Part shown: positions 27,061-36,398 of the stretch, one piece after another | Position numbering within the stretch: the stretch's first letter is position 1 | Layout of the letters: every line of letters begins with the position of its first letter | Source of the DNA: Bacteroidota bacterium | GTDB lineage: Bacteria > Bacteroidota > Bacteroidia > 2-12-FULL-35-15 | Assembly: GCA_947380175.1 (NCBI GenBank) | Contig: CANCPZ010000002.1 | Location: 1 to 44,730 of the forward strand | Length of the DNA: 44,730 bases | Reading direction: 5' to 3' | The notes under the pieces: generated by a model | The model's input: only the letters and a program-made list of their open reading frames with translations | Databases searched by the model: none | What the model was told of the DNA's origin: nothing | Translations under genes and position numbers: made by a program

Positions 27061-27933
27061 ATGGAAAAGCAGGAACTGAATGCACTGATTAGCTTGCTTG
27101 ATGACCCTGATGAAAAGGTTTACGAGCAGATTAGTATTAAAATATTGTCTTTAGGCGAAGAGATTATACCGGTTTTAGAAGATGCTTGGGAACATTCGTT
27201 CGATACGCTGATTCAAAACCGAATTGAAAATATTATCCATCAAATACAATTTGATATAATAAAAGACGCATTAAAAGATTGGGCACAACCTGATCAGCAA
27301 AATTTATTAGAAGGAGCTCTTCTTATTGCTAGATATCAATATCCCGATATTGATGTACAAAAAATAAAAAAACAAATTGATCAAATAAAACAAGATGTGT
27401 GGCTTGAGTTAAATGAGCATTTAACTGCGCTTGAGAAAGTAAAAATCATTAATCATATTTTATTTGATGTACATAACTTTTTAGGAAACACAACTAATTA
27501 CCACGCACCCCAAAATTCATACATCAATAATGTTCTTGAAAGCAAAAAAGGAAACCCTCTTTTATTATCAACCATTTACTCTATAATAGCGCAAAACCTT
27601 GATATTCCAATTTATGGTGTAAACCTACCAGAACATTTTATTTTGTGCTATGTAGATATTGAACACATGGGAGTTCCTTCAAAAAAAGGGAATCAAGGTA
27701 GCAACGTATTTTTTTATATTAACCCTTTTAGCAAGGGTGCTATATTTGGTCAAAAAGAGATTGACTCATTTTTAAAACAATTAAAACTAGAACCATTGGC
27801 AAAATATTATGAGCCTTGTTCCAATTTGGAAATCATAAAACGTTTGCTTCGAAATCTCATTTCATCTTACGAAAAGCTTGGATATCCTGACAAAAGTGAA
27901 GAGCTAAAAATTTTATTAGGTTCATTAGGATAA
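27061..27933 (+). CDS. SirB1/YchA-like transglutaminase-like family protein
   Basis: 290 aa. The core KKGNPLLLSTIYSIIAQNLDIPIYGVNLPEHFILCY matches my memory of the SirB1 N-terminal pattern (GNP.SL..ly..la..lgl....vn.PgHFll), followed by a helical TPR-like tail. Confidence 0.6.
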   Translation: MEKQELNALISLLDDPDEKVYEQISIKILSLGEEIIPVLEDAWEHSFDTLIQNRIENIIHQIQFDIIKDALKDWAQPDQQNLLEGALLIARYQYPDIDVQKIKKQIDQIKQDVWLELNEHLTALEKVKIINHILFDVHNFLGNTTNYHAPQNSYINNVLESKKGNPLLLSTIYSIIAQNLDIPIYGVNLPEHFILCYVDIEHMGVPSKKGNQGSNVFFYINPFSKGAIFGQKEIDSFLKQLKLEPLAKYYEPCSNLEIIKRLLRNLISSYEKLGYPDKSEELKILLGSLG

Positions 27934-27995
27934 TTTTCGTCACAAGTATTCATTAAAAAAACAACGTTTTTTTTACTTTTTTAGCTAATAAACGA

Positions 27996-28751
27996 ATGCA
28001 TAAATTAAGTATCGTACTAATTACTCACAACGAAGAAAGCAGAATAAAAAAAACGCTTGAAGCTGCTAAATGGTGCGATGAACTAATTATTGTAGATTCT
28101 GGAAGTACTGATAATACTTTAGAGATTTGTAAGCAATTCAGTAATTGTAAAATTTACCACCACCCTTTTTCAGGATATGGAGAACAGAAGAAAAAAGCCG
28201 TTGATTTATCTTCAAATAAATGGGTGCTATCAATTGATTCTGATGAAATAATTTCTTCGGAATTAAAAAATGAAATTGAAACTATTTTAAAAAAAGCAAC
28301 TATTCCACAAACTCATTTTTACATTCCTATTACGCTTGTTTTTCTGGGTAAAATTTTCAGTTACGGAAGAATGAATAAGCGCAATCATTTACGTTTTTTC
28401 AATAAGGAATTTGGTAATTTCAACGCTAACAAAGTTCACGAAGGATTAAATATTACCGGGGATTCATCAAAACTAAAGGGCGAATTATTACATTATAGCT
28501 ATAAAAATGTACATCATTATTTTGAAAAATTCAATTCGTATACCTCTACTGGAGCCGAAGTAATGATGAAGAAAAAAAGAAGTGTGAACAAAGTTTTGAC
28601 AATGATTTTATTTCCTTTCAATTTTTTTAAATTTTACATTATTGATTTAAATTTCATGAATGGATATGAGGGCTACGTATGGTCTATTTTTTCAGCCTTT
28701 TATAAAATTGTTAAATATGTAAAATATGATGAATTATTAACTAATAAATAA
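27996..28751 (+). CDS. Family 2 glycosyltransferase (LPS-core WaaE/KdtX-like)
   Basis: 251 aa. LSIVLITHNEE, IIVDSGSTDNT and LSIDSDE (DxD). The stop overlaps the next gene's start (TAATG at 28749-28753). Confidence 0.85.
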   Translation: MHKLSIVLITHNEESRIKKTLEAAKWCDELIIVDSGSTDNTLEICKQFSNCKIYHHPFSGYGEQKKKAVDLSSNKWVLSIDSDEIISSELKNEIETILKKATIPQTHFYIPITLVFLGKIFSYGRMNKRNHLRFFNKEFGNFNANKVHEGLNITGDSSKLKGELLHYSYKNVHHYFEKFNSYTSTGAEVMMKKKRSVNKVLTMILFPFNFFKFYIIDLNFMNGYEGYVWSIFSAFYKIVKYVKYDELLTNK

Positions 28752-29551
28752 TGGCAATTATTATCACATGTGCTGTAATTTTACTTGTACTTGTATTTCT
28801 AACACTTCAGTATAGTTTACTAATACCTGCTAGTAAAGGTCTACCCATATTAATGTACCATAAGGTATCCGAAAACAAATCAGACGACTTAACAATTGAA
28901 CGTGATAAATTACGATTACAATTAAATTACTTAAAAAAAAATGGCTACACCTCTATCTTCTGTAACGATTTAATTGCGAACATTAAAGATGGAGTTCCGC
29001 TTCCTAAAAAACCAGTACTAATTACCTTTGACGATGCCTATCAAAACAATTTCGAATTACTGATTCCTATATTACATGAATTAAAATTGAAAGCTACCAT
29101 ATTTATTCCTGTAAAATATATGGGCAAAGTAAACGCATGGGATAAAGGTATCGACCCAATTATGAATGCTGAAACATTAAAATCAATTAATCCTAAATTG
29201 GTAGAATTTGGACTACATTCGTTTGCACATTATAATTACAATACTATTACTACAAAAGAAATTGAAGACGATTTGCAAAAATGTATTTCGACACTCAATT
29301 CCATGAATATTAATTATACAAAAGTGTTAGCTTACCCTTATGGGAAATATCCTAGAGAAGGTCAGCGAAAATTAGAGTTTCAAGGTACCCTCAAAAAACA
29401 TAATATAGATTTAGCTTTTAGAATTGGTAATAGAATAAATAAAATTCCTCTAAAACAACCTTTCGAAATAAAACGTATTGATATTAAGGGTACTGATAGC
29501 TTCTGGTCATTTAAAACTAAATTAACAAAAGGTAGAGTAAAGTTGTTTTAA
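28751..29551 (+). CDS. Polysaccharide deacetylase (NodB homology domain) with an N-terminal TM anchor
   Basis: 266 aa. TM helix IIITCAVILLVLVFLTL, NodB motif 1 VLITFDDAY, and a His motif LHSFAH. Confidence 0.8.
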   Translation: MAIIITCAVILLVLVFLTLQYSLLIPASKGLPILMYHKVSENKSDDLTIERDKLRLQLNYLKKNGYTSIFCNDLIANIKDGVPLPKKPVLITFDDAYQNNFELLIPILHELKLKATIFIPVKYMGKVNAWDKGIDPIMNAETLKSINPKLVEFGLHSFAHYNYNTITTKEIEDDLQKCISTLNSMNINYTKVLAYPYGKYPREGQRKLEFQGTLKKHNIDLAFRIGNRINKIPLKQPFEIKRIDIKGTDSFWSFKTKLTKGRVKLF

Positions 29552-29648
29552 AAAAATTGTACACTACCATTTTATAAAAATGACACGCATTTTTTTGTAA
29601 AAAAAAAATTTTCGAATCGGTGAAATGCTATAATTATTCTAAAATAAA

Positions 29649-30809
29649 CTAATCCGAATAAACAGCTTTAACCCTATCACGTAAATTATAATCATTTGCC
29701 ATTACTTCTCCATAAGCACCAGCAGTGCGAATTGCAATAATATCACCACGAAAAGTTTCAGGTAAATTTATCCCTTTAGCAAAACAATCGGAGCTTTCGC
29801 AGATTGGTCCAACTACATCATATTTTAGTTGCTCCGCTTCAATACTCTTCCGTTTACTTAAATTTTCAATCTTATGATATGCTTGGTACAATGCCGGACG
29901 CATCAATTCAGTCATGCCAGCATCTAAAATAATAAAGTTAGTATTAACAGCTTTTTTAATATATAATACTTTGGATATTAATGTACCACATTGTGCAGTA
30001 ATAGATCTACCTAATTCGAAATGTACTTTTTGATCCAATCGCACTTCTAAAAAATCATTAAACAATTTAAAATAGGAAGCAAAGTCGGGAATACGATATA
30101 AATCTGGTTCATCATAATCAACACCTAAACCTCCACCAACATTAATATTTTCTATTTTAACTTTACGGTTTTCAAACCAATTCTGTATTTCATTTATGCG
30201 AAAACATAATAATTTAAACGATTTCATATCCGTTATTTGCGAACCAATATGAAAGTGTAACCCTATGAGTTCTGTATTATTTAATACTTTCATATCGTCT
30301 AAAACAAATTCCAACATACTAAAATTAATTCCGAATTTATTCTCTTCTAAACCTGTAGTAATATATTTGTGGGTGTTTGCATATATATTCGGATTGATGC
30401 GCAAAGCTATTTTTGCAATTTTATTTTTTGAAACTGCAAGCTCATTTATTACTTCAATCTCCTGCAAACTTTCGCAATTGAAACAAAAAATATCGGCATC
30501 CAATGCGGTATCTATTTCTTTATCGCTTTTTCCAACACCTGCAAAAACAATATCCTTAGGAGAAAACCCACAGTGAATAGCTTTTTTTATTTCATTGCCA
30601 CTTACACAGTCGGCTCCCAAATCAAACGATTTGATACTTTTTAAAATTTCGGTATTCGCGTTAGCCTTGATTGCATAATGAACAATGAAATTATATTTTT
30701 CTGATTCTTGTTTTACAATTTCAAGTGTTTGTTTAAGTAAATCTAAATCGTAGTAATAAAAAGGCGTTGAAAAAGAATTGGTTTTATCAAATACATTTTG
30801 ACTGAACAT
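29649..30809 (-). CDS. lysA: Diaminopimelate decarboxylase
   Basis: 386 aa. PLP-lysine HYAIKANAN, plus GGGLGVDY, ELGRSI, GPICESSD and AGAYG. Confidence 0.93.
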   Translation of the reverse strand: MFSQNVFDKTNSFSTPFYYYDLDLLKQTLEIVKQESEKYNFIVHYAIKANANTEILKSIKSFDLGADCVSGNEIKKAIHCGFSPKDIVFAGVGKSDKEIDTALDADIFCFNCESLQEIEVINELAVSKNKIAKIALRINPNIYANTHKYITTGLEENKFGINFSMLEFVLDDMKVLNNTELIGLHFHIGSQITDMKSFKLLCFRINEIQNWFENRKVKIENINVGGGLGVDYDEPDLYRIPDFASYFKLFNDFLEVRLDQKVHFELGRSITAQCGTLISKVLYIKKAVNTNFIILDAGMTELMRPALYQAYHKIENLSKRKSIEAEQLKYDVVGPICESSDCFAKGINLPETFRGDIIAIRTAGAYGEVMANDYNLRDRVKAVYSD

Positions 30810-30997
30810 AAAATTATTTTATCAGGTAAAAAAACAGGTTTTATAATAGTTAACAGTTTACCATTAACAGAATTTAACAAATTTGGAATGAACAAATTTA
30901 TAATAAATGAATCAGTCCCAATAATTTTAATTTGTATTTTCGCAAAAGGAAATTCATCCCTTTCATTCTTTTTAAAATAGTATTTTTACACAGATTT

Positions 30998-31729
30998 ATG
31001 TTTACATTATTTAAAAAAGAAATACGAAGTTTTTTAAGTTCACTGGTCGGCTATATTACCATTACTGTTTTTTTATTGGTAATTAGCTTGTTTATGTGGG
31101 TATTGCCAACCGATTCTAACATTTTAGATAATGGTTATGCTAACATTGATGCATTATTTATCTTAGCTCCCTGGGTATTTTTATTCTTGATACCAGCAAT
31201 CACCATGCGCTCTTTTGCCGATGAAAAAAAATCTGGAACTATTGAACTACTATTAACGCGACCTCTAAGTGATTTACAAATAATTTTAGCTAAATATTTT
31301 GCGGGGGTTACTTTGGTTTTATTTTCATTATTGCCTACTCTAATTTATTATTATTCGGTTCACCGACTAGGTAGCCCAGTAGGAAATATTGATACGGGAG
31401 GTATGTGGGGCTCATACATAGGGTTGTTATTTTTAGGAGCTGCATTTGTATCTATCGGAATTTTCGCTTCGGCAGTAACCGACAATCAAGTTATATCGTT
31501 TATTCTTTCTTTATTCCTATGTTTCTTTATTTATACAGGATTTGATTTCTTAAGTTCCTTCGCATTTTTTGGAAAAATTGATAATATTATTTTGGCGTTG
31601 GGTATAAATACTCATTATATGTCCATGAGTAGAGGTGTAGTTGATTCGCGGGATATAATTTATTTTGTGAGTTTAGTCGCAATCTTTATTGTTTCTACCA
31701 GAACTGTATTGGAAAGCAGAAAATGGTAA
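30998..31729 (+). CDS. gldF: Gliding motility-associated ABC transporter permease GldF
   Basis: About 243 aa, ABC-2 type permease with 6 TM helices. N-terminus MFTLFKKEIRSFLSSLVGYITITVFLL and FADEKKSGTIELLLTRPLS are typical of GldF. It sits directly upstream of gldG. The track start at 30932 adds non-conserved residues. Confidence 0.8.
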   Translation: MFTLFKKEIRSFLSSLVGYITITVFLLVISLFMWVLPTDSNILDNGYANIDALFILAPWVFLFLIPAITMRSFADEKKSGTIELLLTRPLSDLQIILAKYFAGVTLVLFSLLPTLIYYYSVHRLGSPVGNIDTGGMWGSYIGLLFLGAAFVSIGIFASAVTDNQVISFILSLFLCFFIYTGFDFLSSFAFFGKIDNIILALGINTHYMSMSRGVVDSRDIIYFVSLVAIFIVSTRTVLESRKW

Positions 31730-31797
31730 AATGCATGTGTTAATTTTAACAAATTTAGTATTCATACGTTGATATTAGATTCTTGATACTTTATTTA

Positions 31798-33483
31798 ATG
31801 AATAAAAGAAATAAAAAACGAGATTTAACAGCTTTAGGTTTGGCAATTATTATTCTGATAATGCTTAACTTTTTAGGTTCGTTTGTGTTTCACCGTTTCG
31901 ATTTAACAACCGAAAAACGATTTACATTATCGCCAGTTACCAAAACATTGTTGAGTAAATTAAATGATGTTGTTTATGTAAAAGTTTATCTAGATGGTGA
32001 TTTTCCTGCACGGTTTAAAAATTTACGAAACGAAACAAAAGAAATATTAAATGAATTCCGAATTTATTCAAACGATAATATTGAATATGAATTTATTAAT
32101 CCTTCTGAAAATCCTGATAAAAATCAGCAAGAAGAAGTTTATAAACAATTATTTAAAAAAGGAATCATACCTACTACGGCCGATGACAACTTAGAAAATG
32201 GAGTTTCCCAACAGGTGATTTGGCCCGGTGCTATTGTATCTTATAAAGGAAAAGAAATTGCTTGGAATTTTTTAAAAACTCAATCAGGACAAAATGAAGC
32301 GCAATTAAATAATTCAATTCAATCCTTAGAATATGAATTTGCAAGTTGTATTCGTAATTTAAGTACACCGATACGCCCAATAATTGGCTTTATTGAAGGA
32401 CAAGGCGAATTAGATACATTATCAGTTAAAAGTATTACAGAAGCTTTAAGCGAATTTTACATTACAAAACGTATTCAAATAAATGAGCGTTTAAACGCAT
32501 TAGATGAATTTAAAGCAATTATTATAGCAAAACCGGACACATCTTTTTCTGAAAAAGATAAATTCATTATCGACCAATTTGTAATGAAGGGTGGAAAAAT
32601 TTTATGGACCATCGATCCTTTAAAAACTGCAGTTGACAGTTTAGCCAAAACCGGAAATACAATATCAGATCCGCTTGATTTAAAATTAGATGATATGTTT
32701 TTTAAATATGGTGTGCGTATTAACACAAATATGGTATTAGACATACAATGCTCAGGCATTGCTGTAAACAAAGCAATGCGAGGACAACAACCACGATTCG
32801 AACCATTACCTTGGATATTTTACCCTTTAATTTCGCCAGCAGCAAAACATCCGATAACTAAAAATTTAGAACTTATTAAAATTGAATTTGGTGCAAGTAT
32901 TGATACTGTTGGATCTAAAGACATAACAAAAACGATACTTCTGCAGTCTTCTAAATATTCAAAAACGCTCCAAGCTCCAGTCCGCGTGGATATGAATTAC
33001 TTGAGATATCAACCTGATGAAACTCAATTTCAAAACTCTTTCCAACCTATTGCCGTTTTATTGGAAGGCGAATTTGAATCGGTTTTTAAAAACCGTATAG
33101 CTCCACAAATAGCGAATGATAGTGCTATTGGATATAAAGCAAATGGTGTTAAAAATAAAATGATTGTAATTGCCGATGGAGATGTTATAAGGAATGATGT
33201 TCAGTTTTCTTCTAAAAAAGCATTACCACTTGGCTATGACAGAAACACTAATCGGACATATGGTAACAAAAATTTTATTTTAAATTGTATGAATTATTTA
33301 TGTGATGATTCGGGCTTGATAAGTGTTCGCGCAAGAGAATTAACTTTGCGTTTACTTGACAAGAAAAAAACAAAAAACAATCGCTTATATTGGCAAATTT
33401 TTAACACCATATTTCCACTTTTTGTCATACTTTTATTCGGAATAATACACAACATTGTTCGTAAACGTAAATATGCAAAGTAG
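31798..33483 (+). CDS. gldG: Gliding motility-associated ABC transporter accessory component GldG
   Basis: About 561 aa. N- and C-terminal TM anchors flank a large extracytoplasmic domain (HRFDLTTEKRFTLS, VYLDGDFP, GFIEGQGE), matching the GldG/ABC_transp_aux layout. The track start at 31783 is TTG; ATG 31798 is preferred. Confidence 0.8.
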   Translation: MNKRNKKRDLTALGLAIIILIMLNFLGSFVFHRFDLTTEKRFTLSPVTKTLLSKLNDVVYVKVYLDGDFPARFKNLRNETKEILNEFRIYSNDNIEYEFINPSENPDKNQQEEVYKQLFKKGIIPTTADDNLENGVSQQVIWPGAIVSYKGKEIAWNFLKTQSGQNEAQLNNSIQSLEYEFASCIRNLSTPIRPIIGFIEGQGELDTLSVKSITEALSEFYITKRIQINERLNALDEFKAIIIAKPDTSFSEKDKFIIDQFVMKGGKILWTIDPLKTAVDSLAKTGNTISDPLDLKLDDMFFKYGVRINTNMVLDIQCSGIAVNKAMRGQQPRFEPLPWIFYPLISPAAKHPITKNLELIKIEFGASIDTVGSKDITKTILLQSSKYSKTLQAPVRVDMNYLRYQPDETQFQNSFQPIAVLLEGEFESVFKNRIAPQIANDSAIGYKANGVKNKMIVIADGDVIRNDVQFSSKKALPLGYDRNTNRTYGNKNFILNCMNYLCDDSGLISVRARELTLRLLDKKKTKNNRLYWQIFNTIFPLFVILLFGIIHNIVRKRKYAK

Positions 33484-33534
33484 ATTGTAAATTTAAAATT
33501 ACCCGCATTTTTTCAAGAAAATATTTTATAAAAC

Positions 33535-34614
33535 ATGAAAAAAAGAAACAGGACAGCTATCGTACTTGTAATCATTTTAGGTTCCGTTTCCTTTTGGTTT
33601 ATTTTAAATAACCGCAAAGGAACAATTAAAGAAACCTTACGCGACTTTGCAGTTGCAGATACAGCAGCCGTTAACAAAATATTTTTAGCCGACAAGGAAG
33701 GTTTAAATGTAACACTCGAACGCAAACCTTCAGGTATATGGGTTGTTAACGGAGAATTTAATGCGCGTATGGATGCGATTCAGTCGTTACTTTACACCAT
33801 TAAAAAAATTGACATCAAAGAACCTGTTGGAAAAGCCGCTCAGGACAATGTGATTAAACGCCTTGCTGCGAAAGCGGTTAGGTGCGAAATTTATCAAAAC
33901 GATAAATTAACAAAAGCCTATTATGTTGGAACGGAAACACAAGATCAAACAGGAACCTACATGATATTGATGGATTTAGAAACCATGCAACCATCAGCAA
34001 AAGCATTCGTAACATACATTCCAGGGTTTGAAGGTTATTTAACTACACGATATTTTACAGAGGAAAATGGATGGCGAGACCGAACAGTATATAGCTATAA
34101 TCCGAATGATATTAAATCGATAAAGGTTGAAGCTCCTTCTAATCCTAGCTTATCCTATCTTTTAACAATTAAAGGTAATAATAATTATCAAGTAACAATG
34201 TTAAAAAATAAAGAGTCTTTAAAAAACATAGATACGATGGCTGTAAAGCAGTATTTATCGTATTTTCAACAATTAAACTTTGAAAGCTTTGAAGTGAATT
34301 TAAAACCAACGCAAATAGATTCAGTTTTAAAATCACAACCAATAAATATACTAACTGTTACTGACAACATGGGCAAAACAAACAAAGTTACTTTTTTTGC
34401 TCGCTGGCCTAAACGCAAGGGTTTATTGGATGAAAATGGGAAAGTTATTATTTATGATTTGGAACGTATGGATGCCCTTCTCAATAATGGAAAAGATTTT
34501 GTTATGACTCAATTTTATATTTTTGGAAAAGTTATGCCACAAGCTACTTATTTCCAAAAAAAATCAATGCCGATTATGCCAACTCCCAAAAAATCAAATC
34601 AAATGCTTAATTGA
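33535..34614 (+). CDS. DUF4340-like membrane-anchored protein
   Basis: 359 aa. A single N-terminal TM helix (TAIVLVIILGSVSFWFIL). Its size and its position directly after a GldG-type gene match the usual DUF4340 context. The family name is from memory, not from a search. Confidence 0.55.
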   Translation: MKKRNRTAIVLVIILGSVSFWFILNNRKGTIKETLRDFAVADTAAVNKIFLADKEGLNVTLERKPSGIWVVNGEFNARMDAIQSLLYTIKKIDIKEPVGKAAQDNVIKRLAAKAVRCEIYQNDKLTKAYYVGTETQDQTGTYMILMDLETMQPSAKAFVTYIPGFEGYLTTRYFTEENGWRDRTVYSYNPNDIKSIKVEAPSNPSLSYLLTIKGNNNYQVTMLKNKESLKNIDTMAVKQYLSYFQQLNFESFEVNLKPTQIDSVLKSQPINILTVTDNMGKTNKVTFFARWPKRKGLLDENGKVIIYDLERMDALLNNGKDFVMTQFYIFGKVMPQATYFQKKSMPIMPTPKKSNQMLN

Positions 34615-34802
34615 TGATCTAATTTTAATTGATTTTTTACTAAATATTCCAAAACAGAGCTAGGTTAATCGTTTTATTGAATCATCATCAATTAAATTAC
34701 ATTTATTTACTAATTGAAATAACCCATGATTTAATAGTTTTTTTTGTTAAAAAGTCGGTTGAAACTAAAATTTCTAACATTTTTTTTTTCTTTGAAATCA
34801 CT

Positions 34803-34810
34803 TATATTTG
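34803..34810 (+). promoter_or_regulatory. Candidate -7 promoter box TATATTTG upstream of dnaN
   Basis: Matches TAnnTTTG, 51 nt before ATG 34862. Confidence 0.4.
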
Positions 34811-34861
34811 CTCTACTATATTTATTTTGATAAACATAACCCATAATAAAAAAATAAAATC

Positions 34862-35983
34862 ATGAAATTTATTGTTTCCAGCATTACATTATTAAAACAA
34901 TTGCAAGCAATTAGCGGCGTGCTAAATTCTAATAATGCCTTACCTATATTAGATAATTTTTTATTCGAAATAGATAAAAGTCAATTGAAAATTTCTGCAT
35001 CTGATCTAGAAACAACAATGACAACGACTATCAATATTGAATCTAAAGATTCTGGAAGTATTGCAGTACCAGCAAAACTATTGTTAGAAACATTGAAAAC
35101 ATTTGCTGACCAACCTTTAACATTTAGTGTTGATACTCAAAAATATGGAATAGAAATTATTTCTGATTATGGTAAATATAAACTAACAGGTCATGATGGT
35201 GAAGAATTCCCTAAACTTCCAAACCTTGAATCATCTTCTTCTTTGGAATTAGAAGCAGCTGTATTAGCTTCTGCGATCAATAAAACAATTTTTGCTGCAG
35301 GAAATGACGAATTACGTCCTGTGATGTCAGGAGTGTTTTGTCAACTATCAACTGAAAATATTATTTTTGTTGCTACTGATGCTCACAAATTAGTACGTTA
35401 TACCAGAACAGATGCTAAAGCGCAATCAGGTTCTGCTTTTATTCTACCAAAAAAACCATTGAACCTATTAAAAAACACACTAACAAACGTAAATGGGAAT
35501 GTTAAAATAGAATATAACAATACAAACGCTTTTTTCTCTTTTGAAAATACTAATTTAATTTGTCGTTTAATTGACGGAAAATATCCAAATTACGAAGCCG
35601 TTATACCAAAAGAAAATCCAAATAAATTAACAGTTGATCGTGTTTCATTTTTAAGTTCGATTAAACGTGTCTCTATTTTTTCAAACAAAACAACACATCA
35701 GGTGCGTTTAAAAATTGCAGGAAGCGAATTAAGTATTTCTGCTGAAGACCTTGATTTTGCAAACGAAGCAAGCGAACGATTAACTTGTCAATACGCAGGA
35801 GAAGATATGGAGATTGGATTCAACTCTAAATTTTTAGCTGAAATGTTAGGTAACTTAAATTGCGAAAACGTTAACCTTGAAATGAGTGCTCCAAATCGTG
35901 CAGGAATTTTATTGCCAACAGAAAAAGAAAATGCTTCTGAAGATATTTTAATGTTAGTAATGCCTGTAATGCTAAATAGCTAA
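34862..35983 (+). CDS. dnaN: DNA polymerase III beta sliding clamp
   Basis: 373 aa with three-domain clamp length. MKFIVSSITLLKQLQAISGVL, LRPVMSGVF, ATDAHKLV, RLIDGKYPNYEAVIP and LVMPVMLN. Confidence 0.95.
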   Translation: MKFIVSSITLLKQLQAISGVLNSNNALPILDNFLFEIDKSQLKISASDLETTMTTTINIESKDSGSIAVPAKLLLETLKTFADQPLTFSVDTQKYGIEIISDYGKYKLTGHDGEEFPKLPNLESSSSLELEAAVLASAINKTIFAAGNDELRPVMSGVFCQLSTENIIFVATDAHKLVRYTRTDAKAQSGSAFILPKKPLNLLKNTLTNVNGNVKIEYNNTNAFFSFENTNLICRLIDGKYPNYEAVIPKENPNKLTVDRVSFLSSIKRVSIFSNKTTHQVRLKIAGSELSISAEDLDFANEASERLTCQYAGEDMEIGFNSKFLAEMLGNLNCENVNLEMSAPNRAGILLPTEKENASEDILMLVMPVMLNS

Positions 35984-36010
35984 TTTCTGTAATTTAATAT
36001 TTTTTTACAA

Positions 36011-36045
36011 AAAAGCCTTTAATATCACTGATATTAAAGGCTTTT
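36011..36045. terminator. Bidirectional rho-independent terminator between convergent dnaN and the small lipoprotein gene
   Basis: Perfect 16-bp inverted repeat aaaagcctttaatatc / gatattaaaggctttt with a 3-nt loop, and A/T runs on both sides. Confidence 0.8.
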
Positions 36046-36058
36046 TAATGTATTTTAA

Positions 36059-36262
36059 TTATTTAATCGGTGCTGTCCTTCTACCTAACAGATGCTTTCT
36101 GCTATCACCCAACTGCTTTTTGTAGGCTTTGTTACCACCTTTAATTACTTTTTTATCAACATTGATTTGCTGCTGATTAGGCTTAATCTTCATGTTCAAA
36201 TACGGATTATAAGGCCCCTTACTTCGACATGATGTTGTGGTTATACATAAAATAAAAACCAA
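36059..36262 (-). CDS. Small basic putative lipoprotein, with possibly frameshifted or mis-called 5' end
   Basis: 67-aa ORF from a TTG start: (M)VFILCITTTSCRSKG... with a lipobox-like TSC and a Lys/Arg-rich tail. An ATG at 36296 opens MNKLLNNIGLVF... in another frame. A 1-nt change in the T5-GG-T5 tract would join the two (see findings). Confidence 0.4.
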   Translation of the reverse strand: MVFILCITTTSCRSKGPYNPYLNMKIKPNQQQINVDKKVIKGGNKAYKKQLGDSRKHLLGRRTAPIK

Positions 36263-36398
36263 AAACTAAGCCGATATTATTTAATAACTTATTCATAGAA
36301 TACAAAGATAAGCAACTGCTAAATTTTAATTAATAGTTAGTGATAAAATTTCGTAATTAAAAAAATCACAAATCATAATTTTCTAAAATCAAATGTAT

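Noticed and set aside
30810-30997. Possible lysine riboswitch upstream of lysA
   Set aside because: The 188-nt divergent region is AT-rich, with no conserved G/C-rich riboswitch core and no multi-helix structure visible. It more likely holds two divergent promoters (a TAAATTTG box at 30893-30900 on the minus strand).
34615-34861. Replication origin (oriC) next to dnaN
   Set aside because: No dnaA gene is adjacent and I found no canonical DnaA boxes (TTATCCACA/TGTGGATAA) in the region. The closest matches in the window are isolated 7/9 matches at about 331 (in a CDS) and about 3998. AT-richness alone is uninformative in this genome.
34677-34865. 62-aa ORF ending in an ATGA overlap with the dnaN start
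   Set aside because: It starts at TTG inside an AT-rich intergenic region that contains the candidate dnaN promoter. The translation is Ile/Phe/Asn-rich with no features, so it is probably non-coding.
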